From: Eledone cirrhosa
Lineage: Eukaryota
Length of the DNA stretch: 64,000 nt
Assembly: GCA_964016885.1 (NCBI GenBank)
Contig: OZ024752.1
Location: 37,696,001-37,760,000, forward strand
Reading direction: 5' to 3'
The position numbers and the translations under genes are program-made. The notes beneath the pieces were generated by a model that worked only from the letters and a program-made list of their open reading frames with translations, was not told the origin of the DNA and did no database searches. This document shows positions 54,282 to 64,000 of the stretch, in pieces. Position 1 is the first letter of the stretch. Every line of letters starts with the position of its first letter.

Positions 54282-55415
54282 GTGTATGTGTGTATGTGTG
54301 TGTGTGCGCGCGCGTGTCTTAACGGATTTATTATCATATAACAAATATATAAGATCAAATAGAAGTACTTACATATAATCAATTAATTATTGCTAGCAAC
54401 CTTATATAAATATAATACCTAAAAATAGATAGTCTATGAATTTGATCAATCTCGGTACATGTTTCCTAGTCATTTTATCAAATACGGAACAATAAAGGTA
54501 AATGTTGACATGAATGGAATAAGAATACAGTGAGGTGAAAAAATATAATCACTAAAGATTATTTTTGATCCGACCCCCCCCCCCACACACACACACTCTC
54601 TCTATCTCTCAGACACACATACACATTTCTCTCTTTCTCTCACACACACATACACACACACTCTATCTCTCACACACATACATATACGTGCTCTCTCTCT
54701 CCCTCTCTCACTTTCGCACACACACACACACACACACACACACTCTATCTATCTATCCCCCCCTCCTCTTTCTCTATCTATCTATCTATCTCCCACTCTC
54801 ACTCTCTTTCTCTCTCTACGTTCCAACCACTCGTTGCGCTGAATATCGTTGAGATAATAATAGTAGGTTATAAATGACAATCAATAATCGTTAATTATAG
54901 ATAAAAACAGTGTAGCAATACACCTAATTATAGAATACCTGGACAGTGACTAAGATATAGTAATACTATAGCTGATATCAGCATTCACGTAATCTGTTAA
55001 TAGGCCACTCATTAGAAACGTGAACGAATTTAAAGGCCATAACACCTGTGAAGGTGCTTGGCTATTCCAGCACCTTAGCATCCCTATCTACCGTGATAAT
55101 GCTGCCAGTGTGTTTGGTTTGCCTCAAAAGGTATTAGAGGGGGACTCTGGCACATCTTACGATCTTATGGTGTCTGATGGAGTGACACACTTAGTGTTGA
55201 CTTAATATTTTCTTTCGTTTTGATTCTATATTTTCATGTGAAATATTTATGTAATTAAATAATAGATATATATGTGTTGGATTGTGATAGTTATGGTATT
55301 TGTGTCTGTAATTTCAAGGTATCTATATTGTCAGGATATTTGTTTGGGAAAAAATGTGAACTTTGCTATTGTGTATTTTCATGCACATCGTTTATGTTTA
55401 TTTCCATAAAATAAC

Positions 55416-55807
55416 TGTTTCTACGTTAGGCACAAGGCCAGCAAATACCCTGTGCATTACTGGTACTTTATTTTATCGACCCCCGTAAGGATGAAAGGCA
55501 AAGTTAACCTCGGCGGGATTTGAACTCAGAATGGCAAGGCCCGTAACTCTATACGTCAAAGCATGGCGTCCGACCCTCTAGCAATACTGCCAATCCACCA
55601 CCCTTTCCATATAATAACTGTTTCTATTTTTGGCACAAGGCCAGAAATAACCCAGTGTATTACTGGTACTTAATTTTATCGACCCCCGTAAGGATGAAAG
55701 GCAAAGTTAACCTCGGCGGGATTTGAACTCAGAATGGCAAGGACCGTAACTCTATACGCCAAAGCATGGCGTCCGACCCTCTACCAATACTGCCAATCCA
55801 CCGCCCC
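55416..55807 (-). mobile_element. Tandem dimer of a young Nin/Deu-type SINE
   Basis: Two near-identical ~190-bp copies, separated and flanked by TTTCCATA(T/A)AATAAC. Confidence 0.85.
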
Positions 55808-55947
55808 TTTCCATATAATAACGAAATGTTATAATAGTATCAGGCAGCCAATTGAATAGAATGCTTCGGAGTATTCGTTTCAGCTTTCTGTTCTCTCAGT
55901 TCAAATCCTGTCGAGGTTAACTTTGCCGCTCAGCCTTTTCAAGATTG

Positions 55948-55948
<1 letters not shown>

Positions 55949-56027
<79 letters not shown>
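55949..56027. repeat. (CT)n microsatellite
   Basis: Directly visible. Confidence 0.95.
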
Positions 56028-56034
<7 letters not shown>

Positions 56035-56147
56035 GAAATCTGCTGTATTCAGACCTGGAGAGGCGATGGGCCCCAACAGGTTTTTAAAAAAATTTCTTAG
56101 AGGCGCCATATGCCACTACAGCACCCTACAACTCCACCAAGAATTAC

Positions 56148-56520
56148 ATGTTTTCAATTTCTAGGAGACCTAGAGGCCTCCAAGTTTTATATAGTTTAGG
56201 GGCTCACCAAATCTAAATCTGCCGCTGGGTGTGGGGAGCTGGTTATAGCTACCACACAGTGCCAAGGGGAAAGTAATATTGATAATATATGGCTTATGGC
56301 TATTATACTATAATATGTGCATGTAACAATAGTATATATTGTTACATGCACATATTATAGTATAATAGCCATAAGCCATATATTATCAATATTACTTTCC
56401 CCTTGGCACTGTGTGGTAGCTATAACCAGCTCCCCACACCCAGCGGCAGATTTAGATTTGGTGAGCCCCTAAACTATATAAAACTTGGAGGCCTCTAGGT
56501 CTCCTAGAAATTGAAAACAT
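56148..56520. repeat. Perfect palindrome, 184-bp arms, 5-nt spacer
   Basis: 56148-56331 is the exact reverse complement of 56337-56520. Confidence 0.95.
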
Positions 56521-56621
56521 TTATACCTTTATTTTGAGGATGTGGGGCTCAGAGCTGTAACTTGTTGAGCCTATGTCTAAACCTCATACTGTCCATTATG
56601 CCTAAACCTGACTCTGTACAC

Positions 56622-56945
56622 CAGGGGTCCCCAACCCCCGGCCTCTGAAGGGTTTCAATCTAGCCCGTGAAGGCCTTTATGCTAGCCACAAGGGTTCTAT
56701 AAAGGGTACAGTTTGCAATAAATTTGCACCTGATCTATCAATATTTCCGAATAAAACAATGTTTAAATGTATTTTTCTGCTTGGGACAGCTCTAAGTATC
56801 AATATTGAATTTTGTTTCAAATCTAACATAAGGGATAAATAAATGATTACTTATTTGTATATAAGTAGTATTAAATGTATCCGACCGGCAGAGCCACCGC
56901 TGCATGGCTATCCGGCCCGCAGACCCAAAAGGTTGGGGACCCCTG
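56622..56945. mobile_element. hAT (Charlie-like) MITE with 8-bp TSD
   Basis: TIRs CAGGGGTCCCCAAC / GTTGGGGACCCCTG; TSD CTGTACAC at 56614-56621 and 56946-56953. Confidence 0.9.
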
Positions 56946-57072
56946 CTGTACACTATTGTTTAGCTTATGTGTAACTCTGGCATTGTCCATTATGTCTAAA
57001 CCTGGCACTGTCCATTGTGTGACCCTGGCCCTGCCTATTATGTCTAAACCTGGTACTGCCCATTATGTTTAA

Positions 57073-57280
57073 CCCTTTAGCATTTACATTACTCCATATA
57101 TACTATTATGTTTTTGTGGTAAAGGCTTTATCTTACATAATTATCTCACAGAATATCGAATCTATGACATTTTGATATTTATTTTGCGAACAATACCTTA
57201 ACATTGGTATGAGTGACCGGTCATAGCCGGTTTGAACAGAAAGAGGTGAGAGAATTCTGGCCAGTTTAAATGCTAAAGGG
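57073..57280. mobile_element. piggyBac-type MITE
   Basis: TTAA|CCCTTTAGCATTTA ... TAAATGCTAAAGGG. Confidence 0.8.
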
Positions 57281-57732
57281 CTAAATCTGACACTGCCCAC
57301 TATTGTCTAAACCTGGCACTGTCCATTACGTCTAACTCTGGCACTGTCCATTTTTGTGCAATAATAATATTTTATAAGACAATAAAGAAATACTAACTAC
57401 TGCCATATAGTTAGTGTCTTTCTGTTATTTTCCTAAATAGTTTTATTTTTCTTTCTCAGTCATATTTTAAAACCTAAAATAGTGTTATGTATTTTCTATT
57501 TTAAAATATCCAATATTTTATTTCAGGTTTTATGGTTAGAATTAAAGATTTGAATATGTAACCAATTAACCACCTTGATTTTGGATTAAAATATACAAAT
57601 ATACAAGTCAGTTTTTCTATAAGAATTACACAATTGAAATGCAAACATGCCAACAGAGGCTGATTTTAATATCTATATATAATAAATTATTTCATATGAA
57701 ACTAAAAATTATCGACAATATTTCCTGAAGTC

Positions 57733-60045
57733 ATGCCTCCTAAACAATTTCAATTCATTTTCCTGTTCTTCGGATGTTTAATATCTTGGTTCTGTATAAC
57801 CTCTTGGATGGAGACAAGCATAGAAAGCCAACTAACTGTGAATAAGAAATATGATTCTGGTCAACATTTTGAAGATTTCAGGAGAAGTTTATCAACAAGT
57901 TATGCCTCAAACACCAAAAATGATTTCCCTATCATTCAACGATGTCATTTTTACAACATTTCTGACCCTAATGTATGTTTTGTTCAGATACGATGCTACC
58001 AAAATGACACCTCTAATTTCTGCCTCAATATATCTTGTCGTAACTGCAGTCAACATTATTTAGAAAAGAAAGCCGCAGCCTTTCAATACAAAATATTGAA
58101 AGAACCTAAACTGAAACAAGACAAGCTATGCCGACTTCTTGAAGACTATTACGTTTCCAAGAAATATAATTCCTCAGGACAAAGCATTATTCGCTGTGTA
58201 GTATGTGATAAACTGGAAAGAAAATTTAACTCAGCCAAACAATTTAATTCTTTCAGTTCTAAGACTAATTGTAAACCTTTAGACAAAGAAAACCGAACTA
58301 CACCCAATATACATTTGATATATTTTCGCTTTTTTTCTCGTCAAGAATTTAAGAGTAAATTTCACCAAACACATTCTCAGTTAATGAAAATAAATAACCA
58401 AAATATTGCCCATGTCTATAATTTTGCCAAACATCAAAGTACAAGAGTTCAATATTCAGCAGGATTGCATCAACTGCTATGTGGTGAAACATTTGATATG
58501 AATACTAAACAAGAGTCCCTGTGTTCACAATCACTGGCTAAAACAGCGATCAAATATGGTTATCAAACTTTCCTTTTTGATCACACATGTGAAGAATCGA
58601 CCTCTGAGAAAATCAATTTTTTATTTACCAAATATTACCAAGGTTTTGATTACAACCCTAAAGATTCTTCATTTGCCCTCTACAATGACCTTCCACCCAA
58701 CTTAAAAGAGAAAACTTGCCACAAAAGCAATTCTGACAAAAAAAGAAAGATTTCTGGAACCGGTATTTTTGATTATCACCAAATTGTTAACAAAGAAAGC
58801 AATGGCAAGTATATTTTGTTATCGATATTAAGAACATCTGATGTGGCTGACTCGCAACTAAGAATTATTGATTCCCAATTAGCCAGGGTTATAGAAAACT
58901 TAAGTCAGCAAAAAAACTCTGTCATTATCTTAACTGGTGATATTGGCCATGGATGGAGTGTATCTGGCTGGAATAATTCAAAAATTACTCAACTTTCAAA
59001 CCCACCACTTTACTTAGTACTTTCAAAACCGTTTCAACAAAAACTGGGTAAAGTTAAAGCCAAAAATATTTTGAGAAATACACATAAACTGGTCACACTG
59101 AAAGATGTCCATTTTACTTTGCATGACATCATGTCGATAAATGATCCAAAACCACATTTGAGGAACAACAAAAGTTCAAAAGATTCAATTAAAAATGAAA
59201 CAACGTTTGGTCTTTTCCAATCTCTTAACAAAGGAAGAAGTTGTGGATTTCTCGATGTCATGCAACCACATATATGTCTAACGGAGAATCAAGCTGTTGC
59301 ATTTGATAACGATAGTATCCAAGTTGGATTGGCAGAATTTGTATTGGGTGAAATGAATGAAAAAATTCAAGAAGAAATAGAAACTGAAGAAAACGAAACA
59401 GATTTGTTTCTTCTTTCACCTTTTGGCAATTGTCAAAGACTGAAGGGTCTTTCATTCGGTAAAATCAATAAATGGCGTGATAATGGTAAAGTAATGACTC
59501 AAATGGACATTCACGTGATTGGTAAAGACACAAAAGAATCTAATATTCTCACAGTGTTACTGTCAACCAACGACGACAGTAAGAATCCAGACATTCAGGT
59601 ATTATCTTATCATCGGAAAATACCATCAAACGAAGGTTTGCAAATCTGTTTCCGAAGTAAGCTTGATTACGACTTATGTCGATGTGTTGAAACCGTTAAC
59701 CAAAGTTTATCAGCATGGCGGTCTGCATATTTAAGAATGGTGTTCAGCAAGTCTTTTGGTGTTCCTCTGAAAGTGGCAAATATCCATAACCAATGTTTGT
59801 TACTAATAATGAGGGATTATACCAATAGTATTGTCTTTGAAGCAGTCAATATCTGTGAAGGGAGAGAATATATTCTGGGGTTTTATATTGATACATTCAA
59901 CATGATATCATTAGTGCCACTTCCTATTAAGAAAACTATCAAACCACTCCAAGTTAGATTTCTTACTTCTATCATACAATCTTCCTACTTAAGACCAGGC
60001 CGATTCACAAAATACAAAACTTATTTCAGTGTTAAAATGAGATAA
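57733..60045 (+). CDS. 770-aa DUF229-like (alkaline phosphatase/sulfatase-fold) type II membrane protein, single coding exon
   Basis: Only long non-repetitive ORF; N-terminal hydrophobic anchor and Cys-rich stem. Motifs VIILTGDIGHG, NPPLYLVLSKPFQQKLG...RNTHKLVTLKDVHFTLHDI, GLFQSLNKGRSC and LAEFVLGEMNEKI...CQRL resemble DUF229 proteins (recalled, not searched). Candidate upstream acceptor tttcag| at 57526. Confidence 0.75.
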   Translation: MPPKQFQFIFLFFGCLISWFCITSWMETSIESQLTVNKKYDSGQHFEDFRRSLSTSYASNTKNDFPIIQRCHFYNISDPNVCFVQIRCYQNDTSNFCLNISCRNCSQHYLEKKAAAFQYKILKEPKLKQDKLCRLLEDYYVSKKYNSSGQSIIRCVVCDKLERKFNSAKQFNSFSSKTNCKPLDKENRTTPNIHLIYFRFFSRQEFKSKFHQTHSQLMKINNQNIAHVYNFAKHQSTRVQYSAGLHQLLCGETFDMNTKQESLCSQSLAKTAIKYGYQTFLFDHTCEESTSEKINFLFTKYYQGFDYNPKDSSFALYNDLPPNLKEKTCHKSNSDKKRKISGTGIFDYHQIVNKESNGKYILLSILRTSDVADSQLRIIDSQLARVIENLSQQKNSVIILTGDIGHGWSVSGWNNSKITQLSNPPLYLVLSKPFQQKLGKVKAKNILRNTHKLVTLKDVHFTLHDIMSINDPKPHLRNNKSSKDSIKNETTFGLFQSLNKGRSCGFLDVMQPHICLTENQAVAFDNDSIQVGLAEFVLGEMNEKIQEEIETEENETDLFLLSPFGNCQRLKGLSFGKINKWRDNGKVMTQMDIHVIGKDTKESNILTVLLSTNDDSKNPDIQVLSYHRKIPSNEGLQICFRSKLDYDLCRCVETVNQSLSAWRSAYLRMVFSKSFGVPLKVANIHNQCLLLIMRDYTNSIVFEAVNICEGREYILGFYIDTFNMISLVPLPIKKTIKPLQVRFLTSIIQSSYLRPGRFTKYKTYFSVKMR

Positions 60046-60439
60046 GCTATTATAAAAAGGGTTGTTTTTTCACAGTTGATTTTAAAATGTATCAAGAATT
60101 CTAGTGGACATTCATATAAAATATATCACTGTATTTTTTTATAAAAAGCTTCAATATTACATCAGCAAAATTAGAAGAAGAAATATCTAGTTATAAACAG
60201 CTTTATACAAATAACAACACTTCTAGCCACAAAATGAACAGTACTTCATTTTATCAATTTAATTACTGTAGATATATTTGTTATAATCACAAGAATTCAA
60301 CAAATATAAAATATAATACATGAATGATTGATTGATTATATTGTAAATATAGATAGGAATCTTATCTTTATTAAAACACATGGTGATGCCAACCAAATCT
60401 CAAAGATGGACACATTTAATTATTTATATACATGTAGTC

Positions 60440-60810
60440 TCCAAATTGAGAGATCACAGCTCCGATATTGTGGACATGTGGCTAGAATGTCTCAGGAAAG
60501 AATCGCTGGATAGATTTTATGGGCAAAACCAAATGGCAGGAGACCCAGGGGTAGACCCTGGGTAAGATGGTTGGATAACATCTCAATTTTATCAATATTT
60601 AAAGTGGATTAAACAACATTTTGTATAAAATGAAACACATAGCATACAGTTAATTAATGGAAAGAATTGTTGGACAGATTTTTCAGGCAAAAACCAACTG
60701 ACAGGAGGCCCAAGGGTAGACCCCAAGCGAGATGGTTGGATAACATCCATGAGCTTGACTAGTTTCACTTGGATCAATTGGAGATGGTTGCTTTTGACAG
60801 GACCTGCTTA
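60440..60810 (+). mobile_element. LINE (RTE-like) ORF2 C-terminal remnants, partly duplicated
   Basis: QLRYCGHVARM and GRRPRGRPWVRWLDNI-type motifs. Confidence 0.65.
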
Positions 60811-61039
60811 CTCTTTTACTCTTTTACCTGTTTCAGCCATCCGGCTGAGGCCATGCTGGGGCACCGCCCTTGTATATTATTTTCTATAATTTCATTTGAT
60901 ATTTTCATAAGTTTTATGTATTGTTATAAATATTATAAATATATGTCTTATATAATTGTTATATATGTCTGTGAATGAGTAAAAGGATGTTTAATATTGT
61001 TATCATCAAATGTGGTATATTTGATGACATATATCTCTG

Positions 61040-61350
61040 TACGGCAGCGTATTGGCAGAGTCATTTAACGTCTGATAAAATGCTTTGTGGTATTCACTCT
61101 GGCTCTCTCAGTTCAAATCCTGCCACGGTCAACTTTGACTTTCATTCACTCAACGTCGATAAAAAAAGTAACAGTCTAGTACTGGGGTTGATTCTTCCGA
61201 TATCACTTTCTCACTCTCTATCCTTCTCTGGAAGAAATCTGCTGTATTCAGATCTGGAGAGATGGGTTCCCCCAGGTTTAAAAAACATCCAAGAAACCCC
61301 ATATGCCACTACAGCGCCCCTATAACTTACCCAACAGTTACGGGACCATG
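61040..61350 (+). mobile_element. SINE-headed composite repeat (related copies at ~55845-56145 and ~62565-62870)
   Basis: gttcaaatcc...aactttg...gtcgataaaaaa followed by gaaatctgctgtattcaga...ccatatgccactacagc. Confidence 0.6.
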
Positions 61351-61388
61351 CCATCTCTCTACCTCAAAATTCAAGAACTTGTCATTAA

Positions 61389-61760
61389 CCCTTTAACATT
61401 TACATTACTCTATATATACTATTATATTTTCATGGTAAAGGCTTTACCTCGCATAATTATCTCACATAATATCGAATCTATGAGATTTTGAAAGTATTTA
61501 TTTTGAGAACAATACCTTAACATCAGTTTGAGTGACCGGTTACAGCCAGTTTCAACAGAAAGAGGTAGAGAATTCTGGCTGGTTTGAACATTAAAACCGG
61601 CTAGAATTCTCTCACCTCTTTATGTTCAAACCAGCCTCTCATACTGATGTTAAAGTATTGTTCCCAAAATAAATATCAAAACCCTCATAGATTTGATATT
61701 ATATGAGGTAAAGTGTTTACTGTGAAAATATAATAGTAAATATAAAGTAATGTTAAAGGG
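61389..61760. mobile_element. Long fold-back version of the piggyBac-type MITE
   Basis: TTAA|CCCTTTAACATT ... AATGTTAAAGGG|TTAA; the two halves are imperfect reverse complements. Confidence 0.8.
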
Positions 61761-62275
61761 TTAAAGCAGTAATGTATAATAATATACAAATGGCCCACCA
61801 GTGGTTCAAACTAAAGGTTTGGTGGCCTACAATAAGTTTTCTCCCCTACTGGTTTACACGTTACAATACAATACAATAGTAAATATATATTTAGTGGTTC
61901 AAATTTTCCCTCATATTTGCTGGTCCATCAAGTTATTTTGCTTTTGTTATTTTTTCCTTGTAAATTTTGTGTGTCCACCCGCCGCCTTCTGAAAAAGTTG
62001 TGCATCACCGATATAAAGTATATTATGATGATGATGATGATGATGGCAGTAGAACACACAACTAATATACTTTAGTGTGTTATATTTTCAGCCCCACCAC
62101 CATCATCTGTTTGAATAAATATCCTGCTTTGCTTTTCATCTCTCTCTCTCTCTAGATATATTATTGTTATTAACACTCTACTTCTTAAGGATACCAACTA
62201 TGAAGAAATACCAAACATAGAATCCCACATCGGCTGTCGGATCCAAATTAGCATTGAGTGCTCAAAGATTATACA

Positions 62276-62327
<52 letters not shown>

Positions 62328-62524
62328 TAAGAAAGTAATTTTTTTTATTATATCTCACATGGGTAAAAATATAGGGAAAAGAAGTTGAAAGTTCAATTGG
62401 AGTCTTTAAGAAGATTTATTTACTGGTTTCACAGTTTCATGATTTTTAAAAGTTAAGTGAGATGGAGATGGTGGCTATGCTGTGATGTCTCACATCTGAC
62501 GGGTTGGGAAATTTCTTTCTATTT

Positions 62525-62560
<36 letters not shown>

Positions 62561-64000
62561 TTAAGGCAGAAAATTGGCAGTCCTTAGAGCATCAGATAGA
62601 ATGCTTTGTGGAATTTGTTTCAGCCCTCCGAGTTCCAAATTGCTGAGGTCAACTTTGCCTTTCACCCATTCAAGGTCGATAAAAAAGTACCAGTCAAGTA
62701 CTGGGGTTGATTCTTCCTCTATACCTCTTTCTCACTCTCTCTATCCTTCTGTGGAAGAAATATTTAAATATTTAAACTTGGAGAGGCTCTGTCAGGTTTT
62801 AAAAAGCCCTAGAAGTGCTCTATGTCAATATGCTGTCCCTACAACTGCATCAGAAGTTACGGGACCATACATTCATACATATATATATAAGTACTACAGT
62901 GCCTGAAATCTTTTCTAGGTTATATTGATTACAATTACAGAAAAAATGTCATAAATTTGTATTAAAACATTAAATCAACAAACAGGGTAACTGAATTTGT
63001 ATGAAAATATTTTTATTTATTTTAATGTTGAATCCCAATTTTAATTTTACACAAACTTAATTGTACATGATATCGCAGGAAATTAATTGCTGTAAAAATG
63101 AAAACAAATAATTTATTCAATATTTTATTTACATGGAAATCTTGAAATAAAATTCATTGTAAATGTTTTAATCTCCATTTGTAAATTTCTAATGAGTGTG
63201 TTTGTGTGTGTGTATTATATATATTCCATTTATGTTGGATGGTCTAACTAATAGTAGATCTAGTCATTCAGATTAGCAGATCATCATGTAATAAGCAAAA
63301 GCACTCAACGTTATGCATATCATGATCTGATGACATTAGCCTGTCAGCCATAGAAATACGTATTGTGAATTTTGCAACATTAAAGAAATACTAGGAATCC
63401 GGCCTCCTTTTTTCATTGTATATATACACACATATATATATATATATATATACATACATATATAAAATAACATGTAGGACAAATAAAAGTCACAGAAAAT
63501 TTGGAAAAGACGGATATATGGACAGTTCGTGCTCATCTGTCCTCTTCTGGGAATCGGTTTCAGATGCTTCAAAAGACAAGACTATTCTTCCCAATGCATC
63601 ATTAGTATTTAAAGGAAGATAGCTATGATATTTTGGATGAAAACACAAACAAGATGAAATATCTACAAACTAATACAGTACAGGAGAACTGCTACAATCA
63701 AATGCAGCACATATGTAGGCAGGCAACAGTCAGAGGAATAGAGATCACTAGAAGTTAATTTGAGCAATGATCCTGCAATTAATAAAAATAGTAGACATAT
63801 AGAGATGAAACAGAGTGAATTGACCAGTCCGGTGGTTAAATTACAAAGGGATGAGAGAAAAGGGCTTGATTGTAAGGTGGTAGGTAGGACAGTAGTATGA
63901 ACAGAAAGAGAGATAGACTGTAGGTAAGAAGATGCTACGATTTTCAATGTATATATATATACATACATACATACATACATGACCGTTTCACAGATGAGTG

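Larger units (their letters stand above)
56570..57352. repeat. ~25-bp degenerate minisatellite (TGTCTAAACCTGGCACTGTCCATTA) interrupted by two MITEs
   Basis: The unit recurs on both sides of the hAT and piggyBac MITEs. Confidence 0.7.

Overview
AT-rich, repeat-rich eukaryotic DNA, most likely from an octopod cephalopod (inferred from the muscle tropomyosin peptide and the SINE/RTE repeats). The main feature, largely missed by the ORF track, is a + strand tropomyosin gene spanning about 5.0-41.4 kb. It has an internal first exon for a short isoform (1b, 5002-5121, preceded by two perfect CArG boxes) and single-copy exons 3 and 7. It also has five clusters of duplicated alternative exons: 4 x exon 4 (118 nt), 2 x exon 5 (71 nt), 3 x exon 6 (76 nt), 2 x exon 8 (70 nt) and 2 terminal exons 9, giving up to 96 combinations per first exon. 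The path 3-4d-5a-6c-7-8a-9b gives the canonical molluscan muscle tropomyosin. The other copies are strongly diverged, and several place Cys at heptad 'a' core positions. Exons 1a and 2 of the long isoform were not found and presumably lie upstream of the window. A second gene is an uninterrupted 770-aa ORF (57733-60045, +) resembling a DUF229/alkaline-phosphatase-fold type II membrane protein. The rest is a ~4.4 kb compound AT microsatellite (source of the long spurious ORFs), RTE LINE remnants, Nin/Deu- and CORE/V-type SINEs, piggyBac- and hAT-type MITEs, Penelope-like hairpin/hammerhead relics and a perfect palindrome with 184-bp arms. All calls were read by eye; no database searches were run.
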